Assembly: GCF_006345805.1 (NCBI RefSeq)
Contig: NC_043004.1
Location: forward strand, 1,054,001-1,118,000
From: Octopus sinensis
Lineage: Eukaryota
Reading direction: 5' to 3'
DNA length: 64,000 nucleotides
The notes under the pieces were generated by a model. That model searched no databases. It was not told where the DNA came from and saw only the letters and a program-made list of their open reading frames with translations. Below are positions 1 through 12,693 of the stretch, one piece after another; position 1 is the stretch's first letter; each line of letters opens with the position of its first letter. Position numbers and translations under genes: made by a program.

Positions 1-166
1 GGGAGAGTCAAAAAGAAAAGAAAACAAGTGGTGGCTAGTAAAGTTCTAAGATTTACTAAATATGGTCTTTTGTATGACTGCACAGAGAGAAATGATTGTG
101 TTCTTAGAATAAAAAGGAGGATGATATATAGAGACTTAGTAATTTTAATATTTCTATACATATATA

Positions 167-546
167 TCTCTCTCTATATAAACGGCAGTTTGTCTGTGCG
201 TGTTTCTGTGTGTCTGTTTGCTTGTACCCTCACCCTGACCACGGCTTTCAACCGATTCTGATGAAACTTGACACACACATAGCCCAATGTCATAATTCAA
301 AACTAACGCAGCGAAAATTTTGAAAAGTTCCCCCAGTTCTGAAAAAATCGATAAATTCGACATGGGGTCGAGAATCAGAAACACAAACCGCAAACTGTCT
401 AGGGGACGCAACTCCACCTTTTTTAAGTAAAAAAAATTTACCATCATTTTTTTCCATTTTTTTGTTATTTTTTGGCTATAACTCTCTAAAAATGCTTTAT
501 AGTTATTTCCCTTACAAACCCGAGCAACGCCGGGCGATACTGCTAG
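167..546 (+). mobile_element. Non-autonomous Helitron H1
   Basis: Starts A|TC (TCTCTCTCTATATAAAC). Ends with hairpin CCCGAGCAACGCCGGG followed by CTAG|T at 543-546. No TSD. Confidence 0.85.
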
Positions 547-893
547 TTTATATATAAAAGTGAAGTTGTGTGTCTGTCTCCTACGATTTAGATTCCTAAC
601 TACTCCCACATTTTGCGGTGCAGTGTAACCAAAAGCGGGTATCTTATAGTCGTGATTCATATCGAGCCCTTCCGGGTATTAGCGCGCGTCTACGATGAGT
701 CTACGATTAAAAAAAAAATTACCATCATGTTTTTCCATTTTAATGCATTTTTTTCGCAATTATATAAGGGAAGTAACTCTCTAAAAATGTCTACGATGAG
801 TCAACGATTTAAAAAAAATTTACGATAATTTTTTTCCAATTTTAATGCATTTTTTTGCTATTTTTTGGCTATAACTCTCTGAAAATGCTTACA

Positions 894-1295
894 TTCTTTT
901 TCTTCTTGTTTCAGTCATTTGACTGCGGCCATGCTGGAGCACCGCCTTTAGTCGAGCAAATCGACCCCAGGACTTATTCTTTGTAAGCCCAGTACTTATT
1001 TTATCGGTCTCTTTTGCCGAACCGCTAAGTAACGGGGATGTAACCACACCACCATCGGTTGTCAAGCAATGCTAGGGGGACAAACACAGACACACAAACA
1101 CACACATATACATATATACACATACATATATACGACAGGCTTCTTTCAATTTCCGTCTACGAAATCCACTCACAAGTCATTGGTCGGCCCGGGGCTATAG
1201 TAGAAGACACTTGCCCAAGATGTCACGCAGAGGGACTGAACCCGGAACCATGTGGTTGGTTAGCAAGCTACTTACCACACAGCCACTCCTGCGCC
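894..1295 (-). mobile_element. tRNA-derived SINE family 1, full length
   Basis: Minus-strand head GGCGCAGGAGTGGCTGTGTGGTAAG...GGTTCCGGGTTCAGTCC (A/B-box-like), internal microsatellite, and a 3' half repeated many times in the window. Confidence 0.85.
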
Positions 1296-1458
1296 ATTAT
1301 ATATATATATTCTCTCCCAATTTCGCAGTGTGTGTATGTGCATAAATAAACGTATTTACGGTAATGTATCCCATTGCTTAGGTTATAATATTTCATTAAT
1401 ATATGTTTTGATGAACGTCAGATCTGATAACAAGATTGCTTTACACCATTCAAGGCTT

Positions 1459-4147
1459 CAGAGATCAAAGAGGGGTGCCGACAGAGATCAAAGAGGGGTG
1501 CCGACAGAGATCAAAGAGGGGTACCGACAGAGATCAAAGAGGGGTGCCGACAGAGATCAAAGAAGGTGTCGACAGAGATCGAAGGGGGTGCCGACAGAGA
1601 TCAAAGAGGGTGCCGACAGAGATCAAAGGGGTGCCGACAGAGATCAAAGAGGGGTGCCGACAGAGATCAAAGGAGGTCCCGACAGAAATCAAAGAGGGGT
1701 GCCGACAGAGATCAAAGGGGGTGCCGACAGAGATCAAAGAGGGGTGCCGACAGAGGTTAAAAAGGGTGCCGACAGAGATCAAAGTGGGTGCCGACAGAGA
1801 TCAAAGAGGGGTGCTGACAAAGATCAAAGGGGGTGCCGACAGAGATCAAAGAGGGGTGTCGACAGAGATCAAAGAGGGGTGCCGACAGAGATCGAAGGGG
1901 GTGCCGACAGAGATCAAAGAGGGGTGCCGACAGCAATCAAAGAGGGTGCCAACAGAGATCAAAGAGGGGTGCCGACAGAGATCAAAGAGGGGTGCCGACA
2001 GAGATCAAAGAGGGGTGCCGACAGAGATCAAAGAGGGGTACCGACAGAGATCAAAGAGGGGTGCCGACAGAGATCAAAGAAGGTGTCGACAGAGATCGAA
2101 GGGGGTGCCGACAGAGATCAAAGAGGGTGCCGACAGAGATCAAAGGGGGTGCCGACAGAGATCAAAGAGGGGTGCCGACAGAGATCAAAGGAGGTCCCGA
2201 CAGAAATCAAAGAGGGGTGCCGACAGAGATCAAAGGGGGTGCCGACAGAGATCAAAGAGGGGTGCCGACAGAGGTTAAAAAGGGTGCCGACAGAGATCAA
2301 AGTGGGTGCCGACAGAGATCAAAGAGGGGTGCTGACAAAGATCAAAGGGTGTGCCGACAGAGATCAAAGAGGGGTGTCGACAGAGATCAAAGAGGGGTGC
2401 CGACAGAGATCAAAGGGGGTGCCGACAGAGATCAAAGAGGGGTGCCGACAGCAATCAAAGAGGGTGCCAACAGAGATCAAAGAGGGGTGCCGACAGAGAT
2501 CAAAGAGGGGTGCCGACAGAGATCAAAGAGGGTACCGACAGAGATCAAAGAGGGGTATCGACAGAGATAAAAGAGGGTGCCGACAGAGATCAAAGAGGGG
2601 TACCGACAGAGATCAATGGGGGTGCCGACAGAAATCAAAGAGAGGTGCCGACAGAGATCAAAGAGAGGTGCCGACAGAGATCAAAGGGGGTGCCGACAGA
2701 GACCAAAGATGGTGCTGACAGAGATCAAAGAGGGGTACCGACAGAGATAAAGAGGGTGCCGACAAAGATCAAAGAGGGTTGCCGAAAGAGATCAAAAAGG
2801 GGCGCCGACAGAGATCAAAGAGGGATGCCGACATAGATCAAAGAGGGTGCCGACAGAGATCAATTGGGGTGCCGACAGAAATCAAAGAGAGGTGCCGACA
2901 GACAAAGGGTGCCGACAGAGATCAAAGGGGGTGCCGACAGAGATCAAAGAAGGAGGGTGGAGTGCCGACAGAGATCAAGAGGGGTGCTGATAGAGATCAA
3001 AGGGGGTGCCGCCAGAGATCAAAAAGGGTGCCGAAAGATATAAAAGAGCTCAAAGAGGGGTGCCGACAGATATCAAAGAGGGATGCACAGAGATCAAAGG
3101 GAGTGCCGACAGAGATCAAAGGGGGTGCCGACAGAGATCAAAGAGGGGTGCCGAAAGAGATCAAAAAGGGGTGCCGATAGAGATCAAAGAAGGGTGCCGA
3201 CAAGGATCAAAGAGGGTGCCGACAGAGATCAATGGGGTGCCGACAGAGATGAAAGGGGTTGCCAACAGAGATCAAAGAGGGGTGCCGACAAAGATCAAAG
3301 GGGGTGCCGACATAGATCAAAGAGGGGTACCGACAGAGATCAAAGGGTGTGCCGACAGATACCATGAGGGGTACCTACAGAGATAAAAGAGGGTGCCGAC
3401 AGAGATCAAAGAGGGGTACCGACAGAGATCAAAGAGTGGTGCCGACAGAGATCAAAGAGGGGTGCCGACAGAGATCAAAGAGGGGTGTCGACAGAGATCA
3501 AAGGGGTGCCGACAGAGATCAAAGAGGGGTGCCGACAGAGATCAAAGACGGGTGTCGACAGAGATCAAAGGGGGTGTACAGAGATCAAAGGGGGTGTCGA
3601 CAGAGATCAAAGAGGGGTACCGACAGAGATCAAAGAGTGGTACCGACAGAGATCAAAGAGGGATGCCGACAGAGATCAGCGAGGGGTGTCGACAGAGATC
3701 AAAGAGGAATGCACAGAGATCAAAGGGGTGCCGACAGAGATCAAAGAGGGGTGCCGAAAGAGATCAAAGAGGGTTGCCGATAGAGATCAAAGAAGGGTGT
3801 CGACAGAGATCAAAGGGGGTTCCGACAGAGATCAAAGGGGGGTTTCGACAGAGATCAAAGAGGGGTGCCGACAGAGATCAAAGAGGTGTGCCGAGAGAGA
3901 CCAAAGGGTTGCCGAAAGAGATCAAAGAGGGGTGCCGACAGAGATCAAAGGAGGTACCGACAGAGATCAAAGGGGATGCCGACATAGATCAAAGAGGGGT
4001 GCCGACAGAGATCAAAGAGGGGTGCCGACAGAGATCAAAGGGGGTGCCGTTAGAGATCAAAGTGGGGTGTCGACAGATATCAAAGGGGGTGTCGACAGAG
4101 ATCAAAGAGTGTGCCGAAAAAGATCAAAGATGGTGCCGAAAGAGATC
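1459..4147. repeat. Tandem satellite, 23-bp monomer CAGAGATCAAAGAGGGGTGCCGA (21-23 bp variants)
   Basis: About 2.7 kb of contiguous monomers without spacers. Diagnostic variants recur at 517-518 bp spacing. Confidence 0.97.
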
Positions 4148-4551
4148 TTCCCTTACAAACCCGAGCAACGCCGGGCGATACTGCTAGTATATATATATAT
4201 ATATATATATAGTTTTTTTTCTCTTCCTACCATTAATTACAAATATAACAAGCTGAATTGCTTTTCAAGGCAGCGCTGGTACTAGTAAACAGGTTTGACC
4301 TCTCCTGAGCTAAAATGTCCTTTGTCTCTTTGGCTGACCTCTCCACCATCTGCTGAATCTATTTATAGACCTATAGAACATGACCTCTTTACCAAATCCT
4401 GACCAACTATTCCCTCAAACAATGGTAGTAGTGGTGGTGATGGTGATAATGATAAAAATAATAATAATAAGCTACTGCTGTGACTACACATAAAACAATA
4501 TCATTGATGATGATGATGATGGTGATGGTGATAATAATAATAATAATAATA

Positions 4552-4585
<34 letters not shown>

Positions 4586-5357
4586 CGACAGATCCTTTTT
4601 TTCCGTACTTTATTCTCGTTTTTCCGAACTAACACAGGCAGAGTGAACCTTTCATAAGTTTTTAAAAAAAATTTTCGCAGATAAATCTATCAACAAAAAA
4701 ACATAGACGAATACAGATCTGCTAGCCTTAAGAAGCGGCGCTACGAACAATGTTTACATGCAAAGTACCCTAAACTGACAGATCCGTCTCCTAATGTAAG
4801 AGTCGAAGCTCGCCATGCTTTAATGTCAACAAAACAAATTACAAACCGCAATGGTCATCGAGCGGATTACAAAAGACCACGTACCCGAAAATTGAACCAA
4901 ATTCTGATTGAAAAATCAGCTACTGGATCAAATCTTCCCGACACACAGGAGCTGGACGTACTCCACAACCGGAATATTCCAACAGATGGCCATCCATGCC
5001 CGTCACCAAATAATCAAAAGAAAAAGAAGGAAAAATGGTCTAAGGAAGATAATAAAGAAGTTCTTGCGGCCTTCTACCATGCCATGTATTTCCCCACAGA
5101 TAAATCTAACACTGTACAAACATACTTAAACTGGAGACAGAAACACACTGAAGCAAGACCCTACATGAACAGTAACAAACTTGCCAACGTCAGAAGAAAC
5201 ATTATAAAAAAAAAATACTGACTGAAGTAGAGATTGATCAAATTAGACAAGCAGTAACGGATAAAATAAACGAAGCTGCAGCTAAAGAAGATAATACAGA
5301 GGAAATAATTATAGACCAGCCCAGGGCTGATAAAAACGAAGTAAGGATTGAAAGAGT

Positions 5358-5986
5358 TGAAGAGGGGAAAATTTCTTGTGAATTAACCCCGAAATTGGAC
5401 CAATACGGTAATAATGAATTTTTTAGAGATTTCTATCGGTTTGTTTCGAGACGCATAAATTTAATGGTTATCGGCAATTTTCTTGTTTCGGCGTATCTGG
5501 CATTAGGATTTTTCTTCTGCCCTTATCTCGTAAATTATGTATAAATTTTACCTTTAAAGGCATTTTTTGATATGCTGGCCATTGATAAAAATTTTTTCCC
5601 GAAAAAAATTTTATCCTATATCAATTATAAATAGATTAGTGTTAACTTTCGGATTCTATTACTCTGTGGAAGTTTCTAGTTCGAATCACACGTGTCTCGA
5701 GGTGCGCCGAAGATTTTTCTATTTTGGATATATTTGGGGTACTTAAGTTTGCTCGGGACTTGGTGCTTGCTTCTTCCATGGGTATGAGTAAGTATTTCAT
5801 TTATATCTCGCGTATTTGCCGCTGAAGAGGGGAAAATTTCTTGTGAATTAACCCCGAAATTGGACCAATACGGTAATAACGAATTTTTTAGAGATTTCTA
5901 TCGGTTTGTTTCGAGACGCATAAACTTAATGGTTATCGACAATTTTTTGTTTCGGCGTATCTGGCATTAGAATTTTTCTTCTGCCC
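5358..5986 (+). mobile_element. PLE pseudo-LTR or retrozyme-like 465-bp unit (about 1.35 copies) inserted in Dong
   Basis: 5358-5522 is repeated at 5823-5986. The repeat carries a hammerhead motif and no long ORF. Confidence 0.7.
5813..5878 (+). ncRNA. Type I hammerhead ribozyme motif
   Basis: Stem I TTGCCG/CGGTAA; core CTGAAGA; stem II GGGG/CCCC plus inner AATT(T)C/GAATT; GAAA; stem III ATTGG-A-CCAAT; predicted cleavage after A5870. Confidence 0.85.
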
Positions 5987-7461
5987 ATATATTTATATAT
6001 ATATAAATATGCACACTGACATAATAATAATAAGAATGTTATAGAAGAGTTCGAGCAGTCCTGAAGTCTGAGCTGAATGCATATAATAAGGTTTTAGCCA
6101 TAAATTCCTTAGCAGTACCAGTTGTTCTTTATAGCTTCAATGTGCTTAACTGGAATACTAGAGAAATAATGAAAATTGACAGGAAAATCCGCAAGCTACT
6201 GACTTGTAATAAGATGCACCATCCAAAGGCAGACGTGGATCGCCTTTACCTTCCCAGAGCTCAGGGAGGTCGAGGTTTGATCCAGCTTGAACTTACATAC
6301 AAAACCACCACAATCGGACTGGCCAAATACCTTGAAGCAACCAACGATTGGATGCTAAAACTTGTTGAAAAACATGAAAGACCTAAAAAACCTCACTATT
6401 CTCAAAGAGAGCAAAAAATTCGCTGCTGATCTCTTAGATACCCACCAGATTGAGCAGGCTGAAGGAAATGCGCCAACTGCAGCTGCAAAGAAAATAAAAT
6501 TAATTGCAAAGACAAAAGCACATGAAAATTTAGCTAGCAGATGGGAACAGAAACCTCTCCATGGCAAGTATGTGGCCCGTAGCAAACAAGCTGATGTCGA
6601 CCAGAAACACACGCACCAATGGTTACGAAGTTCAGGGTTAAAAGCAGAGAGTGAAGGTTTCATATTAGCTGCTCAAGACCAAAGCTTATTTACCCGGAAC
6701 TACCAAGCCAATGTGATGAAAAATGGAGCTGATCCAAAATGCTGATTCTGTAACGATGAGATTGAAACAATAGACCACCTAATCTCAGGGTGTAGAGTCT
6801 TAGCACCTGCAGAATTTAAAGCAAGACATGACAGAGTCGGCCAGTATTTACACTGGACAATATGTCGGCATTATAAAATCAAAACCGATGACAAATGGTA
6901 TAAACATCATCTTGAAGCTGTGACTGAGGGAGAAAATATGTCGATTCTATGGGAGACCGACAAAACTATAAAATCTAATAAACCGGATATCATTATAAAA
7001 GATCAGAAAAAAAGATGTGTTTATTAATTGACATGAGTATTCCCTGTGATCACAATATAGCGGCGAAAGAATTTGACAAGATTAGTAAATATAAAGACCT
7101 GCTAATGGAAATTGAAAAAATGTGGTTTCTCAAGGCGACTACAATACCAGTGATTGTAGGATCCCTAGGAATGATAAAAAAGGTACTGAAACCTATTTGA
7201 AAATGATTCCAGGCTTACCATCCCTACAGGAAGTGCAAAAAATCGTATTAACTGGAACGGCTCATGTACTGAGAAGAGTACTATCGCTGTGAAAATAACA
7301 TCCATCCATGAATTTATTTATTTATTAATTTTCAAATACATATTTTATCTGTGAATTTGCGCGTGTAATCTGGGAATGCATACAAAGCCCTTCTCTGCCC
7401 TAGATGTATGGAAAACACTCGGCGAGAAACGGAAGAAAATTTGAAGAAAGAAGGAAATAAC

Positions 7462-7496
<35 letters not shown>

Positions 7497-9399
7497 TTAC
7501 AATTTCTCATTGATATTTTGGAAGTAGTATAAAAGAATGAAAGTAAGAATACTCACCCGAACATTCGTTTACCAAAATTTCGTCCTAGTTACATTGAGCA
7601 TCTGATTTTTTTTTATCAATGTATTTGTATTTTGTAAATAATTGTTGGTGGCTGTCAACTATTTCGAAGTATAAATTATTTCAAGAATTTGAATAAGTCT
7701 TTTGGTGTAAAAGGAATTTGACAGTTGTTAATAAAGCCATGAAAGTTCACTAAACTGGTATTTCATTTCATTTGGACAGTGGTATTAGAATGGATGCTTA
7801 TTTTCAAAATAGTTTCATCATTATCAGAGCACCAAATTTTATTTACAGTTGGTACGAAACTATGAAGATTTTCTCGTTGAATTCTTAAACCAGTTTTTCT
7901 TTAAACCTTTTTACTAGCAAAAAACGTGATAGATGATCATGTTGATAGTAAAATGGTTGCTGACACTATTGAAGGGAAGCAAATCCAAAATAAATTACTT
8001 TTGATGACGAAAAAAGAAAGTCCCAAAATATCAAAGCAAAAACTATTAATATCCCTAATTTTCGTTGCTGCATCTTGGTTTTATTTTCTATTCGTAAATG
8101 CAGACGTATGTCCATTTTGAACTAAGGACGAATTCATATTTGAAATAAAAAGAGAAAAAATAATATTTTCTATAGTTTTCAGTTTTATAACTCAACTCAT
8201 GTTGCTAGTGAATACTCGTCTTTGTATTTTTTGAGAGTTTTCGACTGAAAATAAATATTTAGCAAAGTATAACCGAAATAGATTAAAGTTACCTCTTCGT
8301 TTAACCAAAAATTTCTTTGAATGCAGGAATTAGACAATAAGGTTTTTTTTTCTCCTTCATATAATTCAGTATGATTTCATCAATAAGTCATATTGGTTCT
8401 TAAAGTTCTGAAAAGTTCTTCATAATTTCTCACGTATTTATGTATTTATACTTTCTGTGAATCGATTGATGTGGGGCTATGGTGTTCAGTATGATCACTT
8501 AAAAATAAAAGAAAAAATGTGCAATTGAAAGGAGACCTGGCTTCTATTTCTAGCCAATCACGTTGCACTGAGGAAACTTTTTGGATGGGTCATACAAGTA
8601 GTAATAATTATTTATCTCCGGGCCAGTTTTTAACAAGAATCCCAATGAACAAAAGCGTTCCAATCGTGACCAACCAGTTTTTAACCTCGGACGTACTAAA
8701 TCTAAGACTTCTTTATGTAATATATTCTTCCTTAAGAACAATTACTGCATGATTTGAAGGGAAATTTAGCTGTTGTTTCATGCAAGTCGAGAGACTATGA
8801 AGATTCTTTTTCGTTCATATTTCACTGTTGTCTTATTCAGAAAACAACAAAAAATGCCGTATTAAACTTCCAAGTAATTCTTTGACGCAGATGATGTGCC
8901 GCAGTCCGAAACGTTAGCTTCCTATTTCCTCAAAGCAATAGAACAAAAACCCATCTGGATTCATTATTGTCCACAGTAGACCATCACTTCTGACCTTAAA
9001 TTCAGGAAGATTTTTATCCAATAAATTCACTCGCTATTGTGCTGTTGTCGTTGTTCTTGCAGAGCAATGACCAAAATCCGAAATGTTTTGGAGGTACTTA
9101 TCTGAGACTTCATCCGATTTAATGTGTTTAGTTTAGGTTCACATTACCCAGTGAACCCCTTATTTCTTTTTCTTAAACAAGACGGTAAGGTGCGATTTGA
9201 AGATAGATTTGGCTGCTAGTTCCAACAGGTTCAGCGACCACGTAGAGGATTTCCAGTCAATAAGCTGGTGTATGATAAACGTGCTGTCTACAGCTGCTTC
9301 ATCTAACAATGATATCGAAGAAACTAAAGAAAGACGAATTTCAGCGTTAACTCCTTAACACTCCAGTTTACACAAGTTGTTTTAGTATTCTGCACTCAT

Positions 9400-9518
9400 T
9401 CTTCCTTATTTTCTCCTTTTATTCTTCTCTTTCAATTGCACGTATTCCCTCTTCCTCCTTCTCATTTTTTTTTATCTTCCTACGTCTTTCTCCCCTTCTC
9501 TCTCCTTCCCTCCTCTTA

Positions 9519-9552
<34 letters not shown>

Positions 9553-9672
9553 ACATCCTTGTTACTTCTTTCACTCTTTCTTTATTTCACTTTTTCAGTC
9601 ATACCCATCGCCATCAACGCTCTTCTGCTCAACCTCTTTCAACACACACACAAGCACACACACACACACACA

Positions 9673-9711
<39 letters not shown>

Positions 9712-10736
9712 GTGTCTCTGTTTTCCCATCCCTTTCTTAAACTTTTACTTTTTCTCTGTATGACTTCCTGAAACGATATCTGTCTTTCTTTTTCTGCTTC
9801 CTTCACAGCTTCTCCCTTTCTGTCTCTCTATTTCTCTTTCATCCTCTCTCACTCTCTTTCCTTCCACCCTCTCTCTGTTCCCGTTTACGCTCTGACTATC
9901 ACCGTATAATTTCTCTCCCCTTCTCTCTCCTATTTAATCTTTCTTCTTTTCTGTCTCTTCTTTCTTTTCATACCTTGATGTCTTACTTTATCCTCCAACC
10001 GTCTCTTCTTTTTCTTTATTAACCCCTCTCTCATCAGATCTACTTCCCTTTATCTCCACCTCTTCTTTCAATCATTTCCTATATTCTCCTCTCTTTCTTC
10101 CCCCCTCTCTCTCTCTCTCACAGGTTTCTGTACTTTCTACATGTCTGCCACTCACCCTTCTCACTCTCTCTAAGTTCTCTCTCTCTCTTTCTCTCTCTCT
10201 CTATCACTCTCTCTTTCTCTCCCTCTCCCTCTCTCTCTCTTTCTTTTTCCCTCTTTCTGTCTATTTTTTCTACTCTCACCTCTCCCTTTCTCAATCTCTT
10301 ACTCCTACTCTGTTTTTCTCATTCATTTATTTCTTCGTCTTTCTCTTTTCTATGAACTTCCCTTTCTACTCCCATTGCATGCCTCTTTATTCCTCTTAAT
10401 TTTTCGCTCTCCTCTGCCCACTCTCCCTATTCTCTCTCTCTCTCTCTTTCTCTCTCCCTTTCTTTCATTCAACTCCCATTCTTGCCCCCCTCTCTCTCTT
10501 TCTTTTTCTCTCAAAACCCCTTTTCTTTCCTGAGCATCTATTTTCCTATTTTCACCCCAATCTCTCTTCAAGCTCTCTTCCACCTCCAGCCCCACCAACC
10601 CCCTTCCCTCATCCATTCCCGTCTTAACCAATTCCTCTCCTTTAATCATTATTCATTCCTTCTCCCGTACTCCACTGCCCTCCTCTCTCTCCCCCTCTCT
10701 CTCACACTCAATACATACAGTCATACACATGCATAC

Positions 10737-10777
<41 letters not shown>

Positions 10778-10801
10778 TACATACATACATACATACATAC
10801 A

Positions 10802-10835
<34 letters not shown>

Positions 10836-10960
10836 CATACATAATACATACATACATACATACATACATACATACATACATACATACATACATTAAATAC
10901 ATACACATACATAAACACATGCGTACGTATGGGTGTATGTGTGTGTACGTATGTGTATGC
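9400..10960. repeat. CT-rich low-complexity DNA with (CA)n, (TA)n and (TACA)n microsatellites
   Basis: Direct inspection. Confidence 0.95.
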
Positions 10961-11289
10961 ATAAGCATATTGTTTGTCCTTGTGTGTGTCTATGTATATA
11001 GTCACCATTTCTACACAAAATGACACTTGAGATCATTACTGATTGACGAAAAAAAAAGAAAGAAAAAGAAAAAAGAAAAAGAACTTAAACGAGATTTTCT
11101 TCTATTTTTTATTTTCTTATGCTTTACCTTTAGGGCAGCAACTCAATAAAATGGTATTTTGAATGAGATCGATATATCGACAGAAGAGAATCTGCAAACA
11201 TTTGAACAAAAAACGAAGGCTAAAACAATGAAACACTGCAGGCCATTTCATACGTTGGGAACTTCTCCGGAATAAGAGAAAGACTTCAT

Positions 11290-12110
11290 CATAAGTCATG
11301 TAAATCCTGCTGGAGCACAGCCTCGTTCTCGCCTCCTGAGTGAAACGTTCAGCCGTGAGCCGCCATTTGTAACACAAATTAGAACGGGACTTGTCAGTTG
11401 AGCATAAACGGAAAATTGATCAATCTGATCAATTTCCAATGTGTCGCCCACTTTCTGCTAGCGCAAAATTCCAGTGGGGACAAGATTGATACGTTGTCTG
11501 TGGTTAAAATTGGTGTTCTACTCAATCTGGATGAGTTCCGCATCTCCATTGCATTCAGAGTGGCAGCCGAAGTCTGTGGGTGACTGAGATGTCGCTGTGT
11601 TAGGTCCCTCGACTCCACAGGTCTTCACGGTCTGTTTCGCTGCCTAAATACTGACCGTTTCGCTTGTCACGCCGAGCTAAACTTAATCATTAAGAAGGTC
11701 CTGACTCGGGTTAATATCTCATCAGTTCTGGAGCCGGCGGGATTATCCAGAAGTGATGGGAAGATACCAAATAGTCTTACCTTCTGTTCCTTGGTAAGAG
11801 GCAGGTGCCTCATCTGGAACGCACATTCTGGATGCTGCGGTAAATGGGAGGGTCACTGCTTCCGTAGCCGAACTGAACAAAATCCTTAAGTATCGGGACC
11901 TGTCAGTGAACCATTTCTTCCAGTGCGTGGGGTTTGAAAAGTTTGTGGAAGCTAGGCCACTAACGGTGAAGTTCTTGTCGTCGTTGGCGGCTCGCCTTTT
12001 CGAGGTGTCAGGTGATACTTGTTATGGTGCTTGGCTATTCCAACGTCTTGGCCTCGCCATCACCCGTGGTAATGCCGCGAGCATGTTGGCTTGCTTCAGT
12101 AGGTTCCGTT
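11290..12110 (+). mobile_element. Decayed CRE-clade RLE LINE, 3' portion
   Basis: Broken frames give FRISIAFRV..VCG, HAELNLIIKK..LEPAGLSRSDGK.P and FQRLGLAITRGNAASM, typical of CRE C-termini. Confidence 0.75.
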
Positions 12111-12693
12111 GAACCTTATGGTGTGCGACCAGTTGAGGCACTTGGTGTTGAATTGATGTTTTTAACTTTTTCTTTTATATTTCTCTTTCATTTTTCTTTC
12201 ATGTTCTATCTTTGTTCCTCTTTTTCCATTTATTTTTCTCTTCCGGTTTTTGGATTAGTATTTTCAATGTGGTCTTGTATTATATATGTATCGTGTACAT
12301 AGGTGTTATATTCCCATAAAAGTCTTTTACACACAATGTTCTTCTCCTGAAACCTGTATTTGTGCCGATAATCAGTACAATTGGCTATGTTGATGAATAT
12401 CTCAGAAAGTTAGATTTTTCAAGTGAAAGAAAAAAGTGACCAGTTAACGCTTACTATTCACACACACACACACGGGTTTCTTTCAACTTCATGCTCTTAA
12501 CGATAAGACTGAGAACTTCGTATATCGGCGGCACCCACAAGATTTGCGTAGTATTATGCCTGTATTTATTGTCCTCATCTTCGCTCTTAAAGGCAGCGCA
12601 CGAATCCTTTGAACGTTGGACAAAATGCTTAACGGCATTTCTTTCGGCACTTCACATTCTGAATTCAATCCTCACCAGTCACTTCGAATATTA

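Larger units (their letters stand above)
547..4187 (+). mobile_element. Non-autonomous Helitron H2, split: body 547-891, 3' terminus 4148-4187
   Basis: Helitron-type start TTTATATATAAAAGTGAAGTTGTGTGTCTG directly after the H1 CTAG. Subterminal sequence shared with H1 stops at 891 (GAAAATGCTTA). The next H1-like bases TTCCCTTACAAACCCGAGCAACGCCGGGCGATACTGCTAG appear at 4148-4187. Confidence 0.75.
4585..7461 (+). mobile_element. Dong/R4-clade RLE non-LTR retrotransposon, RT domain deleted, disrupted
   Basis: N-terminal WSKEDNKEVL..FY..M region (4823-5357). Post-RT RLYLPRAQGGRGL, CCHC-type C*FC..ETIDHLISGC and PDIII..D RLE motif (6037-7290). Flanked on both sides by (AAT)n. Confidence 0.85.

Noticed and set aside
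1330-4285. Long ORFs (up to 462 aa) across the 23-bp array, and a CRISPR-like appearance
   Set aside because: The monomer has no stop in any plus frame, so the ORFs are automatic. There are no unique spacers or cas genes, and the context is eukaryotic.
4585-4760. HDV-like ribozyme at the Dong 5' end (known for some RLE elements)
   Set aside because: I could not identify the nested double-pseudoknot pairings by eye.
7919-8106. Possible plus-strand exon with a hydrophobic C-terminal segment (TAG acceptor, GTATGT donor)
   Set aside because: No recognisable family and no partner exons. Needs RNA-seq.
8885-8922. CAGATGA...CCGAAACGTTAGC hammerhead-like string
   Set aside because: The core is mutated and there is no stem I or II pairing.
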